Assembly: GCA_027448765.1 (NCBI GenBank)
Contig: DAIDMV010000002.1
Span: forward strand, 366-64,365
From: a bacterium
GTDB taxonomy: Bacteria > Patescibacteriota > Saccharimonadia > Saccharimonadales > UBA4665
Reading direction: 5' to 3'
DNA length: 64,000 nucleotides
The notes beneath the pieces were generated by a model that worked only from the letters and a program-made list of their open reading frames with translations, was not told the DNA's origin and made no database searches. This document shows, in pieces, positions 1-7,903 of this stretch. Positions within the stretch are counted from its first letter, which is position 1, and the number at the start of each line of letters is the position of its first letter. Made by a program: the position numbers and the translations under genes.

Positions 1-142
1 TCAAAGGAATAACAAACTATACAAGATTAATAGGTCGGTTATTAACTGTTAACATTAATTAGGTCAAATAGTTTTATGTTTTTAGTCAAGAATTCAATTA
101 ATGATTTTGTAAGATTTTATTGATTTGTTAGTATGAAGATTA

Positions 143-511
143 GTGATGCATAAAGTTGCAGTAATTGAAGACAACCTTAATATCCAAAATATCTATAAGT
201 TTAAATTGGAATTGGGGGGTTATTTGGTTAAAGTGGCCAATAATGGTCTTGAAGCTTTGAGTCTAATAGAAGATTTCAAACCTGAATTAATTCTATTGGA
301 TTTAAAGATGCCAATAATGGGTGGAGCCGAATTATTATCAAAGTTATATGAACTTCATGAAGAGTTGCCTTTTAAGGTTTTTATTCTGACCAATATCAGT
401 TTTGATGAAGTCCCTACTTCGATTAAATTTTTAAAATACGATAAATATTTAGTCAAAGCTCACTTAACACCTTCTCAGTTATTACAAATGGTTGACGATG
501 TTTTTAAGTAA
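143..511 (+). CDS. Single-domain response regulator (CheY-like receiver, no output domain)
   Basis: 122 aa. Receiver landmarks are VAVIEDN (acidic pocket), LILLDLKMP (phospho-acceptor Asp), FILTN and YLVKA (conserved Lys). No output domain. ATG at 146 is a likelier start than GTG 143. Confidence 0.85.
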   Translation: MMHKVAVIEDNLNIQNIYKFKLELGGYLVKVANNGLEALSLIEDFKPELILLDLKMPIMGGAELLSKLYELHEELPFKVFILTNISFDEVPTSIKFLKYDKYLVKAHLTPSQLLQMVDDVFK

Positions 512-541
512 AAACTTAATTTATCGTTTTATAATTACTAT

Positions 542-1051
542 ATGAGTACTAAAAAAGATAATCTAATCATAAGAATTTCTTCATTGTTATTATTTGGTAT
601 AGCTTTTGGATATGTTGAAGCGGCAGTTGTTTTTTATTTAAGAAAAATTATTCATTTTCATAGTAATTACGATTTAACAAAGTACCACGTTATTTTAAAT
701 TTAAAATTTATCACCTTTGTTGATCCGATTCAAGCTTTATTAATTAATTCAAAAATCAATGAGGTTGAAGTGGTGAGAGAAGCTGCTACTATAGTCATGC
801 TTTTTTGTTTAGCCGTTTTAGTTGGTAAAAATAAATTACAGAAATTAGCGGTTTTTATGATTGGTTTTGCGACCTGGGATTTAGCTTATTATTTATTTTT
901 AAAAATTTTAGATAATTGGCCTAGGAGTTTATTCACTAAAGATGTTTTCTTTTTAATACCAGTTACTTGGATTGGACCGATTCTAACACCACTGATTATA
1001 TCAAGTTTAATTTTGATAGGTGGTATATTTTTGTATGTTAAACAGGATTAG
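542..1051 (+). CDS. Integral membrane protein, unknown function
   Basis: 169 aa with about five hydrophobic helices. No family recognised from sequence alone. The 3' end overlaps the convergent CHAP gene by 14 nt. Confidence 0.6.
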   Translation: MSTKKDNLIIRISSLLLFGIAFGYVEAAVVFYLRKIIHFHSNYDLTKYHVILNLKFITFVDPIQALLINSKINEVEVVREAATIVMLFCLAVLVGKNKLQKLAVFMIGFATWDLAYYLFLKILDNWPRSLFTKDVFFLIPVTWIGPILTPLIISSLILIGGIFLYVKQD

Positions 1052-1580
1052 GTAATGTTTTTTTATAAACTATATTTGGTGGATTATGAATAAAATTGAA
1101 ATATTTTGCTTGCTTGATTGTTAGAGTTTTTTGATCAACCACGTCTAAGCCATAAACATTCATTTCGCTAATCGTCCAATTGTCATTAATTGGATTGACT
1201 TTGATTACAAAAGCAACATGACCTAAAGGAGGTTGAGTTGTTTGCATAATAGAATCAACGCTTGGTGTATGGTTGATAATATAACCATCTTGAGCCGCTC
1301 GTTTAGCCCAAGTATTAGCGTTACCCCAGGTGTTTGGTATTGGTTGACCAATTTGTTGTCTTAATAAATAAACCCAGTAGGTACAGTTACCCCAAGCGTA
1401 ATGGTCCGACGGATCAATCGGACCAGTATAAAGTTGATGATTTAAGCTGATGTTATTATTGCCTATTAAAGCGGAAACAGAAATAATTGGTAGTAATAAT
1501 ATTAAGCTTAGTATTGAAATGGTAATAATTAATTCATATTTTAATTTAGCTGGTGTGAGTTGTCTTTTTAAAAAAATCAT
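1038..1580 (-). CDS. Membrane-anchored CHAP-domain peptidoglycan hydrolase (T4SS-associated)
   Basis: 180 aa with an N-terminal TM anchor. CHAP catalytic Cys context is WGNCTYWVY and His context is LGHVAFVI. It is the last gene of the T4SS-like operon, with a 4-nt overlap with the VirB4 ORF. Confidence 0.8.
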   Translation of the reverse strand: MIFLKRQLTPAKLKYELIITISILSLILLLPIISVSALIGNNNISLNHQLYTGPIDPSDHYAWGNCTYWVYLLRQQIGQPIPNTWGNANTWAKRAAQDGYIINHTPSVDSIMQTTQPPLGHVAFVIKVNPINDNWTISEMNVYGLDVVDQKTLTIKQAKYFNFIHNPPNIVYKKTLPNPV

Positions 1581-3289
1581 GATTGATAAATTTCATTAGG
1601 ATTGGTAGTAATAATTGGGTGTTCATGTTTACTGGCTGTGATTTTTACTGCTACATGGTAGGTATCAGCAATAATTAAAGCTTCTCCCTGGTCAGATGTT
1701 AAAAGAAAGTTTTCTTCAAATTCACTGAGATTAAATTCTTGAACAACATTTTTAATTGTCGTTGAGTCTTGTCTCATTAATATTCTTAAACTACTTTGAG
1801 AAGCAATAACTTTTCCATATTCGTTATTAAGAAAATCATTAGCTTGTTGAGAAATAATAGATACTCCTAGATAATATTTTCGTGACCGTCTAGTTAACCC
1901 GGCGATAAATTTAGCACTTTCTTCGTGTTGCATTAATAGCCACCCTTCGTCGATGATTAATAATCTTTTTTTGGGATTTAATTTAACTTGATAATTTACA
2001 AAATTAGAAATAATCATGATCACTAATTGTCTTAAATTATCAGCAATATCCTTAATATCAAAGATAATTAAATTATTAGCCAGATCAATATTAGTTTGAA
2101 AATTAAATATTTCTTTTAAACTACCAGATATAAATTTTTCCAGACGGTTAGCCAAATTCTGGCTACCTAATTCTTTAACTTCATCATATAGATTTTGTAG
2201 AATTGGGGTCTCTTCTTTAAATTTTTCATAAATGTTGATGATAGCTTTATCTAGAATTGATTTATCTTCTGAATTTAAACCATCAACCATCAACGATATA
2301 ATTGAGATAATATTTTGGATATGATCAGACAATGATTCTTTTGTTTGGTGACTTAGTTCAAGGTCAAATAAATTAATTTTTTGTTTTGAGTTTGTTGATA
2401 ATTGAATATATGTGCCGTCAAATTCTTCGGATAATTTTTTATATTCTTGTTCTGGATCAATGATAATAACTTGAACATCTTTAATTAATTGCCTCATTAT
2501 TTCTATTTTCATCGCATAGCTTTTACCAGATCCTGATTGAGCAAAAATAATTGAGTTAGCATTATTTAAATTAAAGCGATCAATAATCACCAAAGAGTTA
2601 TTGTTTTTATTAACACCATATAAAATACCGTTTTCTTGAACCAATTCACTGCTAATAAACGGAAAAGTTAGTGATAAAGCCGTACTGTCTAAGTTTCTTT
2701 TTTGATTGATTAGATCTTTGGCTTTGGGCAGAGTCGATTCATAGGCATCTAATTGTTGGTAGGTAGCATTTTTTGTATAAAAAAGATGACTGGCTAGAAT
2801 AGTTTCAATATTTTTTGTTTTTTCTTCCAAGTCGTTTAAATTGTTAGCTTTAATAGTAATATAGATACCAATTTGGAATAATTTTTCTTGACCTCGCATA
2901 ATTTTATCCCTTAACGATATAGCTGATTGGAGAGGATCAGCTATATCTGGACCAATTAGCTTACCGTTTTTGCGCATTAATCTTTTGGTTGACTCTAGTT
3001 CGGTGATTTTTCTTTGTAGTTTGGGCAAAGCGTCGATACTATTAATTAAATCAATATGATAGCTTAAGTCTATATCGTGGTTGTAATTAATTAGATTATT
3101 TAACCACCCGGTTGAGGCTACATAGGGATAACCTGAAATAAAAATTGTTTTTAAAAGTTGATTATTAATATTTAAGTGATGAGTGTTTTCTTCTAGTCCA
3201 GAGTAACTAATTAAGTCTAGATGATCTTGTTGACCTAATAAAAAATTATTATTTTTAGGATGATTATTTTTTAGTTTAATTTTAATCAT
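1577..3289 (-). CDS. virB4: VirB4/TraE-family type IV secretion ATPase (ATPase part)
   Basis: 570 aa. Walker A is AQSGSGKSY and Walker B is LLIIDEGW. The GYPYVASTGWLNNL...DLSYHI block is typical of Gram-positive-type VirB4. It has 4-nt overlaps with both neighbours. Confidence 0.85.
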   Translation of the reverse strand: MIKIKLKNNHPKNNNFLLGQQDHLDLISYSGLEENTHHLNINNQLLKTIFISGYPYVASTGWLNNLINYNHDIDLSYHIDLINSIDALPKLQRKITELESTKRLMRKNGKLIGPDIADPLQSAISLRDKIMRGQEKLFQIGIYITIKANNLNDLEEKTKNIETILASHLFYTKNATYQQLDAYESTLPKAKDLINQKRNLDSTALSLTFPFISSELVQENGILYGVNKNNNSLVIIDRFNLNNANSIIFAQSGSGKSYAMKIEIMRQLIKDVQVIIIDPEQEYKKLSEEFDGTYIQLSTNSKQKINLFDLELSHQTKESLSDHIQNIISIISLMVDGLNSEDKSILDKAIINIYEKFKEETPILQNLYDEVKELGSQNLANRLEKFISGSLKEIFNFQTNIDLANNLIIFDIKDIADNLRQLVIMIISNFVNYQVKLNPKKRLLIIDEGWLLMQHEESAKFIAGLTRRSRKYYLGVSIISQQANDFLNNEYGKVIASQSSLRILMRQDSTTIKNVVQEFNLSEFEENFLLTSDQGEALIIADTYHVAVKITASKHEHPIITTNPNEIYQS

Positions 3290-3900
3290 ATTATCCCCTT
3301 TTTCAAGTTCTTAATTAATTCTTGATTGATTGGTTGAATTTTATAAATATCGGGATTATAAATTTCATAAAATAAATTAAAGATATCTAAACTGGTTAAT
3401 CGTTTAGTCGATAGTTTTAATTTGGTTAAGTTTTTTTGAATGATATCGCAGTTAATGTTTAATTTATCCTTAGCTTCGATATAGTTATTATTGAAATCGT
3501 CAAGAGGTATAATTAGATAAAATAATCTAGTTAAAATTTTGTTTTTGTGACTTAGATTATTAACAAAGTCGATATAATTATTAATTTGATTTTTGTACTT
3601 AATATAATTAGCTTTATTTTTTAACGACGCTCTAAAATTTGATGTGTAAGTTTTAAGATCTAATTCCCTAACCTGAATATAAATTTGGATTCGTGAAGGT
3701 AGTGCGTTTAAAAAATTTTGATAAATTTCGGTTATTATATCTTTTTCTGATTCACTTTTTAATTCAAAATTAATAGTTGATATTTGAATAATTGCTCGGT
3801 AACGGTGGTCGGAAAGATGAAGTAAATCATCTTCAATACTAACAATGTCTAGCTGTTGTTTTGACGAAGCTTTAGTATTATTTTTTAAAAAATCTAACAT
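3286..3900 (-). CDS. VirB4 N-terminal-domain-like protein (separate ORF upstream of the ATPase)
   Basis: 204 aa. IVSIEDDLLHLSDHRYRAIIQISTINFELKSESEKDII..YQNFLNAL resembles, from memory of the family, the extreme N-terminus of full-length Gram-positive VirB4 proteins. ATGA overlap with the ATPase ORF. 204+570 aa is about the full-length VirB4 size. Confidence 0.5.
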   Translation of the reverse strand: MLDFLKNNTKASSKQQLDIVSIEDDLLHLSDHRYRAIIQISTINFELKSESEKDIITEIYQNFLNALPSRIQIYIQVRELDLKTYTSNFRASLKNKANYIKYKNQINNYIDFVNNLSHKNKILTRLFYLIIPLDDFNNNYIEAKDKLNINCDIIQKNLTKLKLSTKRLTSLDIFNLFYEIYNPDIYKIQPINQELIKNLKKGII

Positions 3901-4372
3901 AAATTTTTCCTTGTTTAGTGATTTTAAAACTAAAATTAGAACTTTTTTGATCAGTTAAATTATCAATAGAAATTGTCTGAAATTTATTTATCTTTGGTTG
4001 ATTGATTTTATGATGATTATTTTTTTTAGGTTTTTTGAAATCTTGGAGATTATAATTTGATGATAGTTGCTTGAATTGATTTTTATTAAAAACGTAGTAT
4101 CTTGGCCTTAAAAGATAAAGTATGATTACGATGAGCCAATTTAAGATAAGCTTATTGTTAAGTCTAATTGCTAGTGCACTGATTGAACTGATTAACAAAA
4201 CCATCAGTATTATTTTATAAACATCAATACTGTTAAATGGAGGAAAAATTAAATAAATGATAAATGATAGGATCAATGGAATTATTAATATAATTAATTG
4301 ATTAAGACTTAAATTATGAGTGATGTGATCCTCTATATTAATTACTTGGGAGGGAATATTAGTAGTTTTCAT
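3878..4372 (-). CDS. PrgI/VirB3-like small membrane protein (assigned by context)
   Basis: 164 aa with two adjacent TM helices near the N-terminus and then a basic, Asn-rich tail. It lies between the VirB6-like and VirB4 genes, as PrgI/VirB3-type components do. Confidence 0.45.
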   Translation of the reverse strand: MKTTNIPSQVINIEDHITHNLSLNQLIILIIPLILSFIIYLIFPPFNSIDVYKIILMVLLISSISALAIRLNNKLILNWLIVIILYLLRPRYYVFNKNQFKQLSSNYNLQDFKKPKKNNHHKINQPKINKFQTISIDNLTDQKSSNFSFKITKQGKIYVRFFKK

Positions 4373-4374
4373 AG

Positions 4375-5556
4375 TTATTTCACAATATTAATGACATAAT
4401 TAGATAATTTTCTGATCGCTTTTGGCGTAACTGAAACGAAATCAAGTTCCATTAACATTTTTTGAGTTTTTAGAAGTGTAATCAGTGTTGCTATTCCAAC
4501 AATTGAGGGCATTAACGGATTAAAATTTTTGGTGTTGTTATCAATTAAACTGCTTAAAATAATCGAAGCTAAAAGTAAAATAATGACATGAACAAATAAA
4601 ACAAAAATTGTTGAAAAGTAAGTTTTAACGCTGATTGTAACGAAATCTCTAAAACTGGGTAGTAAACTTAATAGAAAAATTAAAGGTGAGAGAATGGCGC
4701 CTAAATAGAGCACTACTAAACGCATAATATAATAAACTAATAAGATGACGCATAAGATAACAAAAATTAGTAAAATTAACATACTGACTAAACTTAATCC
4801 ATTACTAGACTTAGCTACTTGATTTAGAATATTCCAAACAGTTAATTTGGGAAAACTATTGTAAAGAGCTTGAACCATATAGTTTGATAGGTTGATTATT
4901 AAATCTATGATAAAAATTGAAGAGTTCATTAAGATAAAGGTAAAAATTATGACTGGGGCCATGTTTTTTAAAGAGATGTCCTCAAGTCCTAGACTTGAAC
5001 TGGTAATGATGTGTAAACCTAAAAGTGTAATCATTAAGATCATCAAGCTGTCGGCAATCCCAACTATGACTAACCAAATTTTTAAAACACTTTGGTTGCT
5101 AGCCATTAATGGTGTTGAGTGGGTAAAGTATATTAGTGCCTGAATAAATGGTTGAGCAATAGAAAAAACTATATTTTTTAATAGACCGATAATACTGTCG
5201 ATTATAATAGTAACAATTCCGTTTTTTGTTGGCTGAACCTTAAGACTCCTAATTGCTGGTACGCTGGCTGTTGTGACATGGCTAGAAAGATTGTAATTCT
5301 GCCACAAAAAATGAACTAAAAAAGCTGAGGCGATAACGATAATAAGCCCAATAATTGATTTTTTAATAATAATTTTAGCATGAAGAAGTTTTTCTGGATT
5401 ACCGGCACTGGTCATATATTCAAAACCAGCTTGAATTAGGAAGAAAGTTGTTAAGAGACCGGCCAAAACACTTAAACCTAAGATAATTGGTTGAATTTGA
5501 TTAATTAAATTCTGATTTAGATTAACTAAATTAAATATTTCAAAAAAATTATTCAT
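4375..5556 (-). CDS. VirB6/TrbL-like polytopic membrane protein with N-terminal pilin-like module
   Basis: 393 aa with many TM segments. Position and topology match VirB6/TrbL. N-terminal residues repeat the pilin-like motif of the upstream gene (GFEYMTSAGNPEKLLHAK versus GFIYITSTGNPTKLEKAK). Confidence 0.6.
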   Translation of the reverse strand: MNNFFEIFNLVNLNQNLINQIQPIILGLSVLAGLLTTFFLIQAGFEYMTSAGNPEKLLHAKIIIKKSIIGLIIVIASAFLVHFLWQNYNLSSHVTTASVPAIRSLKVQPTKNGIVTIIIDSIIGLLKNIVFSIAQPFIQALIYFTHSTPLMASNQSVLKIWLVIVGIADSLMILMITLLGLHIITSSSLGLEDISLKNMAPVIIFTFILMNSSIFIIDLIINLSNYMVQALYNSFPKLTVWNILNQVAKSSNGLSLVSMLILLIFVILCVILLVYYIMRLVVLYLGAILSPLIFLLSLLPSFRDFVTISVKTYFSTIFVLFVHVIILLLASIILSSLIDNNTKNFNPLMPSIVGIATLITLLKTQKMLMELDFVSVTPKAIRKLSNYVINIVK

Positions 5557-5558
5557 CT

Positions 5559-5903
5559 TTATCCCCCAAAGGCGCTGGTGGCTAACTGAGTAACAATATT
5601 AGATAAAACGAAAGCCGCTATCGTAATTGCTAAACCTAGACTAGAAAACAGTAATGTTTTTTTAGCTTTTTCTAGTTTTGTTGGATTACCGGTACTAGTG
5701 ATATAAATAAACCCCCCTATAACAAAAAAGCCGGTCGCTACAAGACCGGCTAAACCTGCTATTGCTTGGATAATTGTTTTTAAAAAATTATCCACTGACC
5801 CCAGGCCAACTGGCGAGGCCGCTAGAGCTTGATTGGGGATAATAATCTCGAGAAAAAGAACGCTAAAGAAGAGCTTTATTTTAAGTTTGTTTAAGTTTTT
5901 CAT
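5559..5903 (-). CDS. T4SS pilin-like protein (VirB2/TrbC-like architecture)
   Basis: 114 aa. A signal peptide ends at QALA-AS, and two hydrophobic helices flank the short loop TSTGNPTKLEKAKK. It is the first gene of the cluster. AAGGAG lies upstream of the ATG. Confidence 0.6.
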   Translation of the reverse strand: MKNLNKLKIKLFFSVLFLEIIIPNQALAASPVGLGSVDNFLKTIIQAIAGLAGLVATGFFVIGGFIYITSTGNPTKLEKAKKTLLFSSLGLAITIAAFVLSNIVTQLATSAFGG

Positions 5904-6076
5904 CTTAATACTCCTTTAATTGACAGGAGTATCACACAATATTTATATAAATGCAATAATATTTTAAAACATAAGAAATTTAAATTTAAATTTATATGAT
6001 TATGAAACGTTGACTATTTTACAAAAAGCTGGGTTTTTTCTATTTAATGATAAAATTATTATAATCTATTGTGATT

Positions 6077-6709
6077 ATGAATAAAATTAAAATTAAAGTC
6101 AGAAGTTTAATAGCTAAATTTGCCAAGTTAATTGATCATTTTTCGGCTGGACAGATTACACCAAATTTTGTGACATATTTTGGTTTAGTTGGTTTTTTAT
6201 TAGTTGGCTATTTAATTATTGTTAATCAAAATATTTTAGCTGCTATTTTTTTAATAATTTTTGGATTATTTGATACCCTTGATGGTGAATTAGCTCGATT
6301 ACAAAAAAGTGATTCGACAAAAGGTATGTTGTTGGATGCTAGTACTGATCGCTTGAAAGAAATAATCTTACTGGCTGCTTTAGCTTTTCAAATTGTGTCT
6401 AGATATCATCAACATCAACCGATTGACGCTTTAGTAGTTGTTCTAGCTTTAGGTACTTCAATTTTAATTAGTTATGTTAAAGCCAAAGGTGAAGCGATTT
6501 TAGCTAGTCAAGATAAAAACATCAGTCATCAAAAATTAAATCGTATTTTTGGCGGTGGTTTAATGAGTTATGAGTTTCGAACTGTTATTGTAATTGTAGC
6601 TTTATTTTTTAATTTAATTATTCCTGCTTTAGTAGTGATCATTGTTTTGGGAACCTATACTTACTTGTTTCGTTTTTTTAAAATTATGAAATATTTGTCT
6701 AGTGAATAA
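6077..6709 (+). CDS. CDP-alcohol phosphatidyltransferase family protein
   Basis: Exact signature D-x2-DG-x2-AR-x8-G-x3-D-x3-D (DTLDGELARLQKSDSTKGMLLDASTD). Polytopic. The ORF track starts at GTG 6071; ATG 6077 is likelier. Confidence 0.9.
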   Translation: MNKIKIKVRSLIAKFAKLIDHFSAGQITPNFVTYFGLVGFLLVGYLIIVNQNILAAIFLIIFGLFDTLDGELARLQKSDSTKGMLLDASTDRLKEIILLAALAFQIVSRYHQHQPIDALVVVLALGTSILISYVKAKGEAILASQDKNISHQKLNRIFGGGLMSYEFRTVIVIVALFFNLIIPALVVIIVLGTYTYLFRFFKIMKYLSSE

Positions 6710-7346
6710 CTTAAAAATAGATTTGCATACCCATTCTACGGCATCACCAGACGGTTCTTTGAATCGCAATGATTATGATTTTATGCTAAAAAATAATTTA
6801 TTAAATTATATCGCTGTGACTGATCACAACACAATCAAACAAGCTCAAATAATTCAAAATAAACTGGGTCAGCAAATTATCGTTGGCGAAGAAATTTTAA
6901 CTCAAGAAGGTGAAATTATTGGTTTATTTTTAACTAAACTTATTCCAGCTAACTTAAGCCTTCAAGAGACTATATCTTTAATTAAAAAGCAGTCGGGCCT
7001 AGTTTATTTACCCCACCCTCTTGAGTCTCAACGTCATGGCTTAAGTTTTCAAACAGTTCAAAAATTTATCTCTTCGATTGATATTATAGAATGTTATAAT
7101 GGTAGAAGTTTATTAAATAATCATCATCGGAAAATAATTGACATGATTGAAGAGTTTGGGTTGGTTGGAGCGGCTAGTAGTGACAGTCATGGAAGAATTG
7201 GTTTTGGTCGGACTTATTCAATTATTGAGGATGGCGAGATTGATCAGAACAATTTGGTGGCAACTTTAAAAACAGCGAACTATCATTATCGACCAGCCGG
7301 TTTGATAGCCAGATTATATCCAACTATTAATCGTTTAAGAAAATGA
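6702..7346 (+). CDS. PHP-domain metal-dependent phosphoesterase
   Basis: 214 aa with the N-terminal PHP motif DLHTHSTASPDG and later His/Asp ligand motifs (VTDHN, HPLE, SDSHG). The GTG start overlaps the upstream gene by 8 nt. Confidence 0.8.
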   Translation: MNNLKIDLHTHSTASPDGSLNRNDYDFMLKNNLLNYIAVTDHNTIKQAQIIQNKLGQQIIVGEEILTQEGEIIGLFLTKLIPANLSLQETISLIKKQSGLVYLPHPLESQRHGLSFQTVQKFISSIDIIECYNGRSLLNNHHRKIIDMIEEFGLVGAASSDSHGRIGFGRTYSIIEDGEIDQNNLVATLKTANYHYRPAGLIARLYPTINRLRK

Positions 7347-7903
7347 TTAAAGATTTACTATTTGTTTTATACTTTTTTGCCCCAGTTGGTTTGGCTAATA
7401 TGGTGCCACCAATTTTAAGTAAAGTTGCTTTCTTGAAAGATTTAAATTTTCCAATTGATTTTAATTATCAATTTCGAGGTAAACCTATCTTTGGCAGTCA
7501 TAAAACTTGGCGTGGATTAATTGGAGGTATCGTTGTAGCTATATTGGTCTTGTGGCTAGAAGTTTATATTTTCAATCATAGTCATTTTATTCAAAGCATT
7601 ACGCCAAAAGATATTAATTATCGTACCCTACCGATCTTGTTGCTTGGTTTTTTATTTGGTTTTGGAGCTTTGATGGGTGATGCTGTCGAAAGTTTTTTTA
7701 AACGTCAAATTGGTATTGAAGCCGGTAAGAGTTTATTCTTTTTTGATCAAACTGATTATATATTAGGAGCTATTTTAACTACTTTTTGGATAGTTAGTTT
7801 AGACTTCAAGCGTTATGTTCTGTTAGTTATTAGTTTTTTTATGCTACATGTAGTTTTTAGTTTAATCGGATATTTAATTAAAGTTAAAAATTCACCACTT
7901 TAA
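7343..7903 (+). CDS. CarS-family (CDP-archaeol synthase-like, DUF46) membrane cytidylyltransferase
   Basis: 186 aa with about 5 TM helices. YFFAPVGLANMVPPIL, PIDF..F.GKPIFGSHKTWRG and GDAVESFFKRQIGIEAGKSLFFFDQTDYILGA match the conserved CarS blocks as I recall them. ATGA overlap with the PHP gene. Confidence 0.75.
   Translation: MIKDLLFVLYFFAPVGLANMVPPILSKVAFLKDLNFPIDFNYQFRGKPIFGSHKTWRGLIGGIVVAILVLWLEVYIFNHSHFIQSITPKDINYRTLPILLLGFLFGFGALMGDAVESFFKRQIGIEAGKSLFFFDQTDYILGAILTTFWIVSLDFKRYVLLVISFFMLHVVFSLIGYLIKVKNSPL

Noticed and set aside
4892-5143. 83-aa plus-strand ORF inside the VirB6-like gene. Similar antisense or out-of-frame track ORFs lie at 8486-8668, 9297-9482, 11937-12134, 18168-18350, 19215-19622, 22737-22970, 27165-27464, 30425-30628, 36900-37112, 41034-41303, 42309-42560, 43876-44118, 47994-48245, 49419-49631, 49702-49941, 50427-50621, 51276-51533, 51537-51779 and 57863-58063.
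   Set aside because: All lie entirely within longer ORFs that carry clear family motifs. Their translations are low-complexity or typical shadow-frame sequence for AT-rich DNA. None has a convincing RBS.
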